Positions 18,428-28,669 of a stretch of 58,825 nt of DNA are shown one piece after another. Origin of the DNA: an uncultured Bacilli bacterium. Lineage in GTDB: Bacteria > Bacillota_I > Bacilli_A > RF39 > UBA660. A program made the position numbers and the translations under genes. Position 1 is the stretch's first letter; every line of letters starts with the position of its first letter. The stretch spans positions 1 through 58,825 of the forward strand of contig CANQIS010000001.1 of NCBI GenBank assembly GCA_947624115.1. The letters run 5' to 3'. The notes under the pieces are model-generated. The model saw only the letters and a list, made by a program, of their open reading frames with translations. It did not search any database and was not told the DNA's origin.

Positions 18428-19158
18428 TGACTGAAATAGAATATTTAAAAAAATATTTGCCTAAATCTGATTTAGATAGTGGCATCAGACGTTTAAATAA
18501 TGGTGAGCCTGTACAATATATAGTAGGCAACGTCGATTTTTTCGACTTAAATTTTAAAGTAAATGAAAATGTATTAATTCCACGCTTTGAAACAGAGGAA
18601 TTAGTTGATAAATTAATTAAATATATAAAAAAATATTTTAATAATAAAAGTTTAAAAATTTTAGATATTGGAACTGGTAGTGGATGTATTGCCGTTACTT
18701 TAAAATCGAAATTTTCTGATAGTTTTGTTACTGCCACTGATATTTCCTCAGAGGCTTTAGAAGTTGCTAAAGAAAATGCTAAAAATAATAATTTAGAAGT
18801 TAATTTTATAAATAGTAATTTATTTGAAAATATAAAAGATAGATATGATATTATTGTCAGTAATCCACCATATATTGCTTATGATGAGGAAATTATGGAT
18901 ATTGTTAAAAATAATGAACCTAATATAGCGTTATTTGCAGATAATAATGGTTTATATTTTTATCAAGAAATTTTAAAAAAATCGAGTCAATATTTAAATC
19001 AAAATAGCATTATAGCTTTTGAAATTGGCGAAAAACAAGGTTTAGATATTTTAAAAATAGCTAAAAAAAACTTTCCTAATTCTAAAATTATAATAGAGAA
19101 AGATTTACAAAAAAGGGATAGATTTGTATTTATTTTTAATATTTATGATATAATATAA
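18427..19158 (+). CDS. prmC: Release-factor glutamine N5-methyltransferase PrmC/HemK
   Basis: SAM motif ILDIGTGSGCIA and NPPY; 1-nt overlap with the prfA stop. Confidence 0.9.
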   Translation: MTEIEYLKKYLPKSDLDSGIRRLNNGEPVQYIVGNVDFFDLNFKVNENVLIPRFETEELVDKLIKYIKKYFNNKSLKILDIGTGSGCIAVTLKSKFSDSFVTATDISSEALEVAKENAKNNNLEVNFINSNLFENIKDRYDIIVSNPPYIAYDEEIMDIVKNNEPNIALFADNNGLYFYQEILKKSSQYLNQNSIIAFEIGEKQGLDILKIAKKNFPNSKIIIEKDLQKRDRFVFIFNIYDII

Positions 19159-19162
19159 AATG

Positions 19163-19304
19163 GTTATATAAATGTGATGATGAGCTTGGAAACTCGGAGC
19201 AATATAATAATGAGTTGATTCTTCTAGAATAAGTAAGGTGGAACCGCTAATAAAATTAGTCCTTATATTTCTGGGAGAATTTTGTATTTTAAGGAGGAAA
19301 AAAG
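19163..19304 (+). promoter_or_regulatory. Glycine T-box-like leader of glyQS (unusually short)
   Basis: Extended -10 TGATATAAT (19146-19154). GA-motif GTGATGATGAG. Candidate specifier GGA+A at 19188-19191. T-box core AAGGTGGAACCGC (19235-19247) with the UGGA bulge expected for tRNA-Gly. Confidence 0.55.
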
Positions 19305-20675
19305 ATGGAAAAAATTACGATGGAAAAAATGGTAAATATTTGTAAGCAATACGGTTTTGTTTTTCAAGGCAGTGAAATTTATGATGGACTTGCGAATACT
19401 TGGGATTACGGCCCATTAGGTGTTGAACTAAAAAATAATATAAAAAAATGTTGGTGGAAACGTTTTGTTCAAGAAAATATAAATAGTTATGGTATCGATG
19501 CCGCCATTTTAATGAATCCACGAGTTTGGGAAGCAAGTGGACACGTTGGAAGTTTTTCGGATCCACTTTTAGATTGTAAAAATTGTAAAACAAGATATCG
19601 TGCCGATAAACTTATTGAAGAATTTACTGATGAGATTAATCCTGATACTTTAACCGATAAAGAAATGCTTGAATATATTAATGAACATAAGATACCTTGT
19701 CCAAAATGTGGCAAAGTAGATTATACTGATATTCGTGAATTTAATTTAATGTTTGAAACTAATCGTGGTGTTGTTAAGGATGCAACTAGTTTAGTTTATC
19801 TACGTCCTGAAACTGCTCAAGGAGAATTTGTTAATTTTAATAATGTTCAAAGAACAATGCGTGCCAAGGTACCTTTTGGTATTGGACAAATAGGTAAAGC
19901 CTTCAGAAATGAAATTACTCCTGGTAATTTTACTTTTAGAACAATCGAATTTGAGCAAATGGAACATCAATTATTTTGTAAAGAAGGAACCGATAGTGAA
20001 TTTTATCAATTTTATAAAAAATATGCTTATGATTTTTTAATTGATTTAGGGATAAATTCAGACAATATTCGTTTTAAAGATCATGAAAAATTAGCTCATT
20101 ATGCTAAAGAAGCCTGTGATATTGAATATAGATTTCCATTTTCATGGGGTGAGTTATGGGGAACCCATAATCGTACCAATTATGACTTAACGCGTCATCA
20201 AGAATATTCTAAAAAATCTATGGAGTATTTAGATCCAGAAACTAATGAGAAATATATTCCTTATGTTGTAGAATCATCAGTTGGATGTGATCGTCTAACT
20301 TTAGCCATTCTATCAGACGCTTACTATGAAGAAAATTTAGAAGATGGAACAACTCGTGAAATAATGAAATTTATACCTGCACTTGCTCCTTATAAGTGTG
20401 CAATTTTACCACTTATAAAGAAACATCATAGTCAAAAAGCTTTAGAAGTATATCAAACATTAGCTAAAAATTTCATGTGTGCTTATGATGAAACAGGAAA
20501 TATTGGAAAAAGATATAGACGACAAGATGTTATTGGAACACCATTTTGTATAACTATTGATGATGAAACAATAAATAATAATACAGTTACCATTAGAGAT
20601 AGAGATACTATGGAGCAAATAACTTTGAAAGTAGATAAATTAATTGATTATATTAATGAAAGAATTAAATTTTAA
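19305..20675 (+). CDS. glyQS: Glycine--tRNA ligase (homodimeric GlyQS type)
   Basis: ICKQYGFVFQGSEIYDGLANTWDYGPLG N-terminus, class II motifs, zinc-like CPKCG insertion. Confidence 0.95.
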   Translation: MEKITMEKMVNICKQYGFVFQGSEIYDGLANTWDYGPLGVELKNNIKKCWWKRFVQENINSYGIDAAILMNPRVWEASGHVGSFSDPLLDCKNCKTRYRADKLIEEFTDEINPDTLTDKEMLEYINEHKIPCPKCGKVDYTDIREFNLMFETNRGVVKDATSLVYLRPETAQGEFVNFNNVQRTMRAKVPFGIGQIGKAFRNEITPGNFTFRTIEFEQMEHQLFCKEGTDSEFYQFYKKYAYDFLIDLGINSDNIRFKDHEKLAHYAKEACDIEYRFPFSWGELWGTHNRTNYDLTRHQEYSKKSMEYLDPETNEKYIPYVVESSVGCDRLTLAILSDAYYEENLEDGTTREIMKFIPALAPYKCAILPLIKKHHSQKALEVYQTLAKNFMCAYDETGNIGKRYRRQDVIGTPFCITIDDETINNNTVTIRDRDTMEQITLKVDKLIDYINERIKF

Positions 20676-20678
20676 TTA

Positions 20679-20706
20679 AAAACACCATCAAATAATTGGT
20701 GTTTTT
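20679..20706 (+). terminator. Intrinsic terminator after glyQS
   Basis: AAAACACCA-N9-TGGTGTTTT hairpin followed by T residues. Confidence 0.7.
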
Positions 20707-20901
20707 CAATTCCTAATATTAATAAAAAAATATATCTACTATCACTTTCTAACTTATTATTAGAATATAATAAATTGAATTGTGCTAACTAATAATATAT
20801 GATAAAAATTTGTCAAATAGACGAAAAATAATCATTAAACTAGTGTCTAAATTAAAAATTTGTGATAGACTATAATATATAGAATAATGTAGGGGATATT
20901 T

Positions 20902-21597
20902 ATGAAGAAAAAAAAGAAACATCTAAAAAAAAATAAGAAAAAAATAAGAGTAAGATATGGAAGATTGTTTATATTATTATTAATTATATTGATTATTAGT
21001 ATGATAATTTTATATTTCATTAATTTAAGAATTACTAATATCTTTATTATTAATAATGACTTTTTAACTACTCAAGAAGTTATTGATATAGCCCAACTTC
21101 AAAACTATCCTCCAAGTCTTAATTATCCTTCTAAAAAATTAGAGCATAAATTAGAAGATAATGTATATATAAAACAAGCTAAAGTTTCAAAAAAGTGGTT
21201 AACTCAAGTATATATCAAAATTGATGAAAACTATCCATTATTTTATTACAAAACTGATGAAAAAACAGTTTTATCTGACGGTAATAAAGTTGATGACATA
21301 TTTGATGTACCGACAGTTATAAATTATGTACCAAATTTAAAATATCAAAGTTTAATAGAAAAAATGAACAACTTAAATAAAGAAATTTTAATACGAATTT
21401 CTGAAATAAAATATGACCCTAGTGACTATGATGATGAACGTTTTTTATTATATATGAAAGATGGAAATTACGTCTATGTTACATTATATAAATTTGAAAA
21501 TCTAAATAAATATATCGATATTGTTAAAAATTTCGGTAATAAAAAAGGAATTATGTATTTAGATTCAGGAAATTATTTTGAAATTAGAGAAAATTAA
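20902..21597 (+). CDS. FtsQ/DivIB-like cell-division protein
   Basis: Lys-rich N-terminus, one TM segment, then a POTRA-like region (ITNIFIINNDFLTTQEVIDIAQL). Confidence 0.6.
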   Translation: MKKKKKHLKKNKKKIRVRYGRLFILLLIILIISMIILYFINLRITNIFIINNDFLTTQEVIDIAQLQNYPPSLNYPSKKLEHKLEDNVYIKQAKVSKKWLTQVYIKIDENYPLFYYKTDEKTVLSDGNKVDDIFDVPTVINYVPNLKYQSLIEKMNNLNKEILIRISEIKYDPSDYDDERFLLYMKDGNYVYVTLYKFENLNKYIDIVKNFGNKKGIMYLDSGNYFEIREN

Positions 21598-21714
21598 TAA
21601 AAATTATTGTTGATTTATTGCCAAAATGCTATTTATGTGCTAAAATTATAAATATGTGATCCGCTGATAAAAAATTATAATTATGATCATATATTTATAA
21701 AGGAGAGTGTAATC

Positions 21715-22053
21715 GTGAATTTAGTTGAAAAAATTACAAAAAGTCAAATTCGTACTGACATACCAAATTTTCAAGTAGGAGATACTATTAAAGTTGATCT
21801 AAAAATTATTGAAGGAAAAACACATAGAATTCAAGCTTTTGAAGGTATTGTTGTAGCTATTCAAGGAGCTGGAATATCTAAAAATTTTATTGTTAGAAAA
21901 ATATCTAATGGTGTCGGTGTTGAAAGAACAATACCATTCAATTCACCAACTATCGACAAAATTACAGTTGTAAGAAAAGGTAAAGTCAGAAGAGCAAAAC
22001 TAAATTATTTAAAAAATGAAAAGAAACAAGCAAAAATAAAAGAAAGAAATTAA
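21715..22053 (+). CDS. rplS: 50S ribosomal protein L19
   Basis: GTG start after [41 protein letters not shown]...RRAKLNYL. Confidence 0.95.
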   Translation: MNLVEKITKSQIRTDIPNFQVGDTIKVDLKIIEGKTHRIQAFEGIVVAIQGAGISKNFIVRKISNGVGVERTIPFNSPTIDKITVVRKGKVRRAKLNYLKNEKKQAKIKERN

Positions 22054-22097
22054 TAAGGCATTTTTTTGTCTTATTTTTCGTATAGGGAGTTGATAAA

Positions 22098-22631
22098 ATG
22101 GATAATGAAAAAATAAATAAAGAGAACAAATTAATTAATAATTTTAAAGAAATAGGTATATATATAATAATTATTATTGCCGTAATTTTAATCAGAACTT
22201 TTATTATAACACCAGTTAAAGTTGATGGTGCTTCTATGAACGATAACTTGCAAGATGGTGAAATTTTAATTCTAAAAAAATATGATCACAGTTATGAAAG
22301 ATTTGATGTCGTTATTTTTAATTACAAAGGCGAAAAACTAATTAAAAGAATTATTGGTCTGCCAGGTGAAACGGTTGAATATAAAGATAATAAATTATAT
22401 ATTAATGGTGAATACATTGAAGAACAAATGATTACTAAAAAAACAAATGATTTTAATTTAAATCAATTAGGTTTTACTAAAATACCAGCTGGCTATTATT
22501 TTGTAATGGGAGATAATCGTGTTAATTCAACCGATAGTCGTATAATTGGACTTGTTAGCCAAGATGACATTTTAGGTACTACTAATTTTATTCTATTTCC
22601 ATTTAACAAAATTGGAAGAATTAACAAATGA
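22098..22631 (+). CDS. lepB: Signal peptidase I
   Basis: Catalytic Ser box DGASMNDNL, Lys box KRIIGLPGE, GDNRVNSTDSR. Confidence 0.9.
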   Translation: MDNEKINKENKLINNFKEIGIYIIIIIAVILIRTFIITPVKVDGASMNDNLQDGEILILKKYDHSYERFDVVIFNYKGEKLIKRIIGLPGETVEYKDNKLYINGEYIEEQMITKKTNDFNLNQLGFTKIPAGYYFVMGDNRVNSTDSRIIGLVSQDDILGTTNFILFPFNKIGRINK

Positions 22632-23950
22632 AAAAAAATATCTTAGAACGTCTACGAATGTACAAAATAAATATCAATAAAAAACAAAAAGATGAAAATT
22701 CAAAAACAAAAAATAATAAAATAAACATTTCTAAAAAAAATTCTAAAATAAAAATATTTTTTAAAATGATTTTAGGATTTATTGCTGGTTTTTTTGAATA
22801 TCTTGTTATAAAAAGTAATCAAAAAAATTTCACAAAAGCCAATAATAAAAAAGTAGGAGAAATTAATAATAAAGAATTAACAGAAACTAACCAAAAAAGT
22901 GTAGACAAACAAAATAATAATGAATCAAATTTAAATCACAATAAAAAAATGGAAGTACCAAATATTAATAATGAGAATAAAATTTCTAAAATATCAATTA
23001 AAACAACAAAAATTCCTCAACAAACTGCTATTATTAAAAACAAATCAAAAAATTATAATGATAAAAAAAATAATTTAACTCAAATAGAAAATCAAATAAT
23101 TTTTGCCAATAACTTAGATGAATTAAACTATCATAAACTCAAGATACTTAACATAAAAAAAGAATTAGAAACAAATAAAGAAAAACTACAAAATAATAAT
23201 TCAGAACATACATTAAAAAAATCAATTGGAATGAATCAACCATCTAAAGAAAAAGTAGAAAAAGATAAATTAATAGTAAGATGTGATCAAGATTTGATTC
23301 TCATAGAACAAAAGAAAAAATATATAAATTCAGAAATAGAATATAGAAAAGAAATGGATAAAATAAACCTTGATAAAGAAGAATTTAAATTTACACAAAA
23401 TGATTTAAACCAAATAAAAAATAATGTCAATTCTATTTTAAAAGAGCAAACAAAAGAATTAGGAAAATTAAAAAAATATTTTAATAAATCCATAAATTCT
23501 AATAATAAAATACCATTTCTAACAAAAATAAAAATGTTTTTTAATCATTCTGTTAAACTATCATTTAGCTTTATACCATTTGTCGCTTTCCCAAGTAAAT
23601 TAATTGGTTTAACAACAAGTACTATATTAGTAAATAATTCTTTAAAACAATTCAAAAAAAATACCAATAGTACTGATATGAATCAATTAATAGATCAGAT
23701 GTTAATCAGTAAAGAAAATTGTTTAAAAATAGGTATAAATACTTGTCAAGATTCATTAAACGAAATAGAAAATATTAAATTATATTTAAATAATCTACCA
23801 AGCAATCTAAAAGAAACATTTGAATATCGAAAATACTTATTAGATGTAATTTCTACCTCTAATCAAATTCAAAATCAAATTTCATGTTTAAACAAAATAT
23901 CTAAAAATTACTTTGATTATAAAGTAAAAGTAAAAAAAATTGGTTATTAA
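22628..23950 (+). CDS. Asn/Lys-rich membrane-associated coiled-coil protein (440 aa), unknown function
   Basis: ATGA overlap with the lepB stop. TM segment near residue 50 and hydrophobic stretch near residue 300. Low-complexity composition. Confidence 0.5.
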   Translation: MKKNILERLRMYKININKKQKDENSKTKNNKINISKKNSKIKIFFKMILGFIAGFFEYLVIKSNQKNFTKANNKKVGEINNKELTETNQKSVDKQNNNESNLNHNKKMEVPNINNENKISKISIKTTKIPQQTAIIKNKSKNYNDKKNNLTQIENQIIFANNLDELNYHKLKILNIKKELETNKEKLQNNNSEHTLKKSIGMNQPSKEKVEKDKLIVRCDQDLILIEQKKKYINSEIEYRKEMDKINLDKEEFKFTQNDLNQIKNNVNSILKEQTKELGKLKKYFNKSINSNNKIPFLTKIKMFFNHSVKLSFSFIPFVAFPSKLIGLTTSTILVNNSLKQFKKNTNSTDMNQLIDQMLISKENCLKIGINTCQDSLNEIENIKLYLNNLPSNLKETFEYRKYLLDVISTSNQIQNQISCLNKISKNYFDYKVKVKKIGY

Positions 23951-23974
23951 AAAATAATGCTAAAGGAGTAAAAT

Positions 23975-24325
23975 ATGTTAAAAAAATTTTCAAAAATATT
24001 TATTATTAGTATAATGTTAATTTGTGGTTGCAATAACAAAGAACTATCAAAAGAAGAACAACTACAAAGTATTATTAAAGAAGACAATTATATCATTATT
24101 GATGTTAGAACAAAGCAAGAATATGATCTATCTCATGTCAAAAATTCTATCAATATTCCTTATGATACTATTGACGAAAATACTAAATTAGATAAAACAA
24201 AAAAGATACTAGTATATTGTCAAAGTGGAAAAAGAAGTAATATTGCTTATAACACCTTAACCGATTTAGGTTATGACGTCTTAGATTTGGGAGCCTATAA
24301 TTCAATTAATTTAGAAAAAGAATAA
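23975..24325 (+). CDS. Rhodanese-domain lipoprotein
   Basis: Lipobox LICGC; active-site loop CQSGKRS. Confidence 0.8.
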   Translation: MLKKFSKIFIISIMLICGCNNKELSKEEQLQSIIKEDNYIIIDVRTKQEYDLSHVKNSINIPYDTIDENTKLDKTKKILVYCQSGKRSNIAYNTLTDLGYDVLDLGAYNSINLEKE

Positions 24326-24435
24326 AAGATAAGTGTAAATAAAAACATTTATTTTTTAATTATTAAATTTTTAAAAACTTATTTAATTTTTCTTTAATAT
24401 CAGTTATAATATATAACCAAGCAAGTGGTGATATT

Positions 24436-25380
24436 ATGAAATTGATAAGAAAAATTCAAAAATTAAATGATGACGAATTAGAAATCTTTGTCCAAAGAAG
24501 AATAAATTTACTTGAAAATAAACAAAAACATTTAAGTGATACTATAGGTTTTCTATTAGATTATAATCAATCGGTTGATAGTTTATTATTATCTGATTAC
24601 GAACTAGCTACAGCTGAGATTTTAACCAAATTCGATGGCTATATACCATTAGGAACTAGAATGGTATATGGTATGAATTGTGATACAAACAAAAAAATTG
24701 TATCCAATGGTGGTAAATTTTATTATATAGATACCGATGATTATATTTTAGACTTTTGCAAATATATTAAAGAACAAGAAATAATTGATGAATTTGAATT
24801 ATTTGATTGTATTTTAGACTTCATTGATATATATTTTGGTACTATTCCAACTATAAATCGAGAAGAAATGATACAATTAATCAGTAAAGACGAAAGAACA
24901 TTTTTTGATCCAATAAAGGCTCCAGTATTTAGTTCTTTTAAAAAGAAAGGTAATCATCAATGTAGTGAAATTGGCATCGTTACTCAAAATATATTATCTT
25001 TTTTAGGTTATGATATTAGTTTAATAATAGGTAACCAACAATTAGATGAAGAATATGCACATGCTTTTAATTTAATTGATTTTAACTATCAAAAAACAAA
25101 ATTATCACTTTTACTTGATATGGCCTCATCAGTCTATATCACTAATTTAGATCATCAAACTATTGGTATTGCCCCTTATATTCATTATTTAGATAAAAAT
25201 AAAGAAGAAACTTTTCAATCACTAATTGATGGTACAATCGACGCAATCGAATGTCCTGATTATAATTATATTTTAGTTGGTAAAAATATTTGGAAAGAAA
25301 TTAATCAAAACAATCGTTATTATTCAATCTATAATGAGTCAAATAATAAAAGATTAAAAAAAACAATAAATAAGAATTGA
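24436..25380 (+). CDS. Hypothetical protein with transglutaminase-like Cys-His-Asp core
   Basis: GNHQCSEIGIVTQNILSFLGYD ... EEYAHAFNLIDF ... LLLDMA fits the G.C...HaW...D spacing of transglutaminase-fold cysteine peptidases. Confidence 0.4.
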   Translation: MKLIRKIQKLNDDELEIFVQRRINLLENKQKHLSDTIGFLLDYNQSVDSLLLSDYELATAEILTKFDGYIPLGTRMVYGMNCDTNKKIVSNGGKFYYIDTDDYILDFCKYIKEQEIIDEFELFDCILDFIDIYFGTIPTINREEMIQLISKDERTFFDPIKAPVFSSFKKKGNHQCSEIGIVTQNILSFLGYDISLIIGNQQLDEEYAHAFNLIDFNYQKTKLSLLLDMASSVYITNLDHQTIGIAPYIHYLDKNKEETFQSLIDGTIDAIECPDYNYILVGKNIWKEINQNNRYYSIYNESNNKRLKKTINKN

Positions 25381-25482
25381 TTAAAATTTATTGTTTTTTT
25401 ATAAATATTTTTATATAATATATCACTAAGGTGATTAGCCTAAGAACAATATTGAACAAAGTGAGAGGAATGTGTGGTTTAA

Positions 25483-27108
25483 ATGAATTATCATGAAATT
25501 GAATATTGTATTAAATATCGAGTTATAAAATTAGAACAAGATAAATACATTTTGTTTCCTGTTTCAGTTGAAGAAGGCGAAGCTAGAGAATTTGATTTTA
25601 AATCTGCAAAAGAAAAAATCCCTTTTATAGAACGCAAAAATGATTTAAAAAATAAATATGTAGTTGATAGTGTTTATTCAATCGATGAATTAAAAATCAT
25701 TTATGATTTTGAAGAAGATAATTATTCAGAAGATAATCAAAAATTTTTATGTGAATATTTTTTCAATGATTATAAAAATCGAATAATTTATATAGAAACA
25801 ACAAAAAATAATGATGTTGTCACTAAATATGAAATTGATTTAAATTTCATTAAAGATAATCAAGAAATTATAACTTATTTATATAATAAAGATATACCAT
25901 CTGTTGTCTTAAATGAAGATGCTTTAAACCAAATATTAAATTGTAACAATTTACAAGAAATCAAAATATTACTAGAAAAATATCGTAGACTTGTTTCTGA
26001 GTTTAAAAATTTATCCGAAAGAATTGGGATTAGTAAAATTAAAGTTATTGATGGTAAAGTAAAAGAAATTGAAACATCTAAAACAATTAATTCTTATGAA
26101 ACAAATAATAAAAGATTAGAATCAAATAACGATTTATCAGTATTTGGCGAAATATCCTATGATGGTTTACGAACATTTATCAAATCAAAAGTTTTTGGAC
26201 ATGACGAAGAAATAGATACTTTTGCGCAAAAATTATATATGAATTATACAGCTATCGATGGTGAAGGGACTGACTCCATTTTATTAGTTGGACCAACTGG
26301 TACAGGCAAAACAGAAACAGTTAATGCTGCATGTACTTATTTAGATATTCCCTCAATTTGTGTCAATGCTTCCAATATTGTTCCCCAAGGTATTAAAGGT
26401 ATGAGTATTGAAGATGTCATTATTTCACTTTTTGATGCTTCAAAAGGAGAATTAAAAAAAGCTCAAAAAGGTTTAATATTCTTAGACGAATTTGATAAAT
26501 TAAATGATTCAGATTTAGATATAAAAACTGCAATCAAAAATATTTTATTAACTTTTACAGCCGGAGGAATTTTTCCTATCGATACTGAACATTATAATTT
26601 TATGTTTGATTCAAGTATGACTAATAAAGTTTTTGCTGGTGTCTTTGATAGAATAAATGATACCAAAAAAATTACAGGATTTGAACAAAAAAATACGTCC
26701 AAATTAAATTTAGAGACAGAGCAAGATATAAGAAAAAAGATTATTGAAAAAAAATATTTTACTTTAGAAGAATTATCACGAATTAGTACTGTATTATTAT
26801 TTAAAGAATTAGATAAAGAAACAAAAAGAAAAATATTATTAGAATCAAAAATAAGTGAATTATCTAAAAAACGCTATAGATATAAAAGACAATTTGGAAT
26901 TGATATTCAAATAAATGATGATTTTGTAGAAGCAGTTTTAGATAGTGTTTCAAATAGTGAAACTGGCATGCGTAGTGTTAATAATATAGTTAAAAAAATA
27001 ATTGATACAGCCGAAAAAAGTATTTTAGAAAATGAAAAAATAGGTTATAAAAAATTAGTTTTAACTAAAGATACTGTTATTAATCCTAAGACATTTGATT
27101 TAAACTAA
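25483..27108 (+). CDS. AAA+ ATPase with a ClpX-like module and a unique ~230-aa N-terminal region
   Basis: Walker A LLVGPTGTGKTE, Walker B LIFLDEFDKL, flanking VFGHDEEIDTFAQKLY as in the ClpX family. No zinc-finger N-domain. Confidence 0.7.
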   Translation: MNYHEIEYCIKYRVIKLEQDKYILFPVSVEEGEAREFDFKSAKEKIPFIERKNDLKNKYVVDSVYSIDELKIIYDFEEDNYSEDNQKFLCEYFFNDYKNRIIYIETTKNNDVVTKYEIDLNFIKDNQEIITYLYNKDIPSVVLNEDALNQILNCNNLQEIKILLEKYRRLVSEFKNLSERIGISKIKVIDGKVKEIETSKTINSYETNNKRLESNNDLSVFGEISYDGLRTFIKSKVFGHDEEIDTFAQKLYMNYTAIDGEGTDSILLVGPTGTGKTETVNAACTYLDIPSICVNASNIVPQGIKGMSIEDVIISLFDASKGELKKAQKGLIFLDEFDKLNDSDLDIKTAIKNILLTFTAGGIFPIDTEHYNFMFDSSMTNKVFAGVFDRINDTKKITGFEQKNTSKLNLETEQDIRKKIIEKKYFTLEELSRISTVLLFKELDKETKRKILLESKISELSKKRYRYKRQFGIDIQINDDFVEAVLDSVSNSETGMRSVNNIVKKIIDTAEKSILENEKIGYKKLVLTKDTVINPKTFDLN

Positions 27109-27401
27109 AAAATCATTTGAACAAGAATCAATTGATTATACTTTTGAAATTATAAAATCAATTAGAGTTAAATTTTAGTAAACCTAGTGAATTATTAATA
27201 ATATAATAGGAATGAAAAAAGTGCAATTTGTGTTATAGGTAATATAAAGTTTTAAGTGGTGAATTTGGATTATAAGGATAAACGCATGAATTAAAAAAAT
27301 ATGCGTTTATTTTATTGTAAATAAAGTAAAAATAGGTATTGCAATTACCAGTTAAAGGCGTTATAATTTAAATATCATAATAAAAGGGAGGTATTTGAAT
27401 T

Positions 27402-28499
27402 ATGATGACAAAAAATATAAAAAATAAAGGATTTACATTAATAGAATTATTGGCTGTAATTGTAATACTAGCCGTAATTGCTTTGATTGCCGTACCACAA
27501 ATTTTAAATATTTTAAATAGGGTAAGATTAAGTGTAGCTGAAGATACAACAAGTGGTATTATAAAATCGGCTGAGAATTATGTAACAAGTTTTATGTTAC
27601 AAAATAATGGAGGCTTTCCAGATGAAACACTTACTTTTGAATGTACGACAGATGGTTGTATATTACAAACAGAATTAGATGATTATAATCTAAATAATTT
27701 AGATGAATTAGATTTTAAAGGAACAAAGCCTAATAGTGGAACAATAACAATCGGTAATAGTGGAAGAAATATTAATACAACTAATTTAAATATTAATAAT
27801 TTTGTTTGTGCTTATTTAGATGATCAAAGTATTTGTACTGATAAAAGAGAAGTAAAAGAAGATGGAACTGTCGTTTATTTTAATCCTGTAACAGGAAAAG
27901 AATGTAGTGCAAGTGAATATACAGATACTCAAAGTGTAGCTGGTATAAAAGAAGGTTGTATGAAATGGTATATCTTTTTAGATAGTGAAGAATCAGCAGT
28001 TTATAATTTACTTTTAAATCATAATACTACATCTGATCCTGTTGTATGGAATTCTAGTGGTAATAATTATGATGGACCGAAAGAAGTAATTGAAAAATTA
28101 AAAGAAACAACAGAAAATTGGACAGGAGTACCAAATCGTACTGATAATTATTCTGTTAATTGGACTTATGATAATCAAAATTATGGATATACTGTTGATT
28201 ATAATGGCTATAGGGCTAGATTAATAGAAGCCGAAGAAGTAGCTAAAATTTTGAAATTAAATGATTTTAAACTTAATTATTCTACAGATAAACCATCTGT
28301 TGATAATTGGATACAAGCTGATAGTGTTGTTGGCCGATATTATTGGACAATATCACCTGATACTAATGGATTAACTAATATTTGGCGCATAACTCATTTT
28401 TTTTATTCACATTCTTCTAATCAAGCATTATATGATGATGGAACAACATGGGCTGGAACACGTCCTGTTATAACAATTTCTAAATCAGTTATTAAATAA
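27402..28499 (+). CDS. Prepilin-type N-terminal methylation-motif protein, copy 1 (365 aa)
   Basis: KG|FTLIELLAVIVILAVIALIAVP class III signal (G-1, F+1, E+5). C-terminal YWT.SP...GTRPVITISKS motif. Confidence 0.8.
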   Translation: MMTKNIKNKGFTLIELLAVIVILAVIALIAVPQILNILNRVRLSVAEDTTSGIIKSAENYVTSFMLQNNGGFPDETLTFECTTDGCILQTELDDYNLNNLDELDFKGTKPNSGTITIGNSGRNINTTNLNINNFVCAYLDDQSICTDKREVKEDGTVVYFNPVTGKECSASEYTDTQSVAGIKEGCMKWYIFLDSEESAVYNLLLNHNTTSDPVVWNSSGNNYDGPKEVIEKLKETTENWTGVPNRTDNYSVNWTYDNQNYGYTVDYNGYRARLIEAEEVAKILKLNDFKLNYSTDKPSVDNWIQADSVVGRYYWTISPDTNGLTNIWRITHFFYSHSSNQALYDDGTTWAGTRPVITISKSVIK

Positions 28500-28669
28500 A
28501 AGATGAAAAAAACAACTTGAAATAATTTAGTTTAATAAAAAAATGATAAACGCATGAATTAAAAAAATATGCGTTTATTTTAATTTAAATAAAGTAAAAA
28601 TAGGTATTGCAATTACCAGTTAAAGGCGTTATAATTTAAATATCATAATAAAAGGGAGGCATTTGAATT

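Noticed and set aside
21598-21714. Possible rplS (L19) leader RNA upstream of rplS.
   Set aside because: I could not identify a convincing conserved stem-loop mimic by eye. It would need an Rfam scan.
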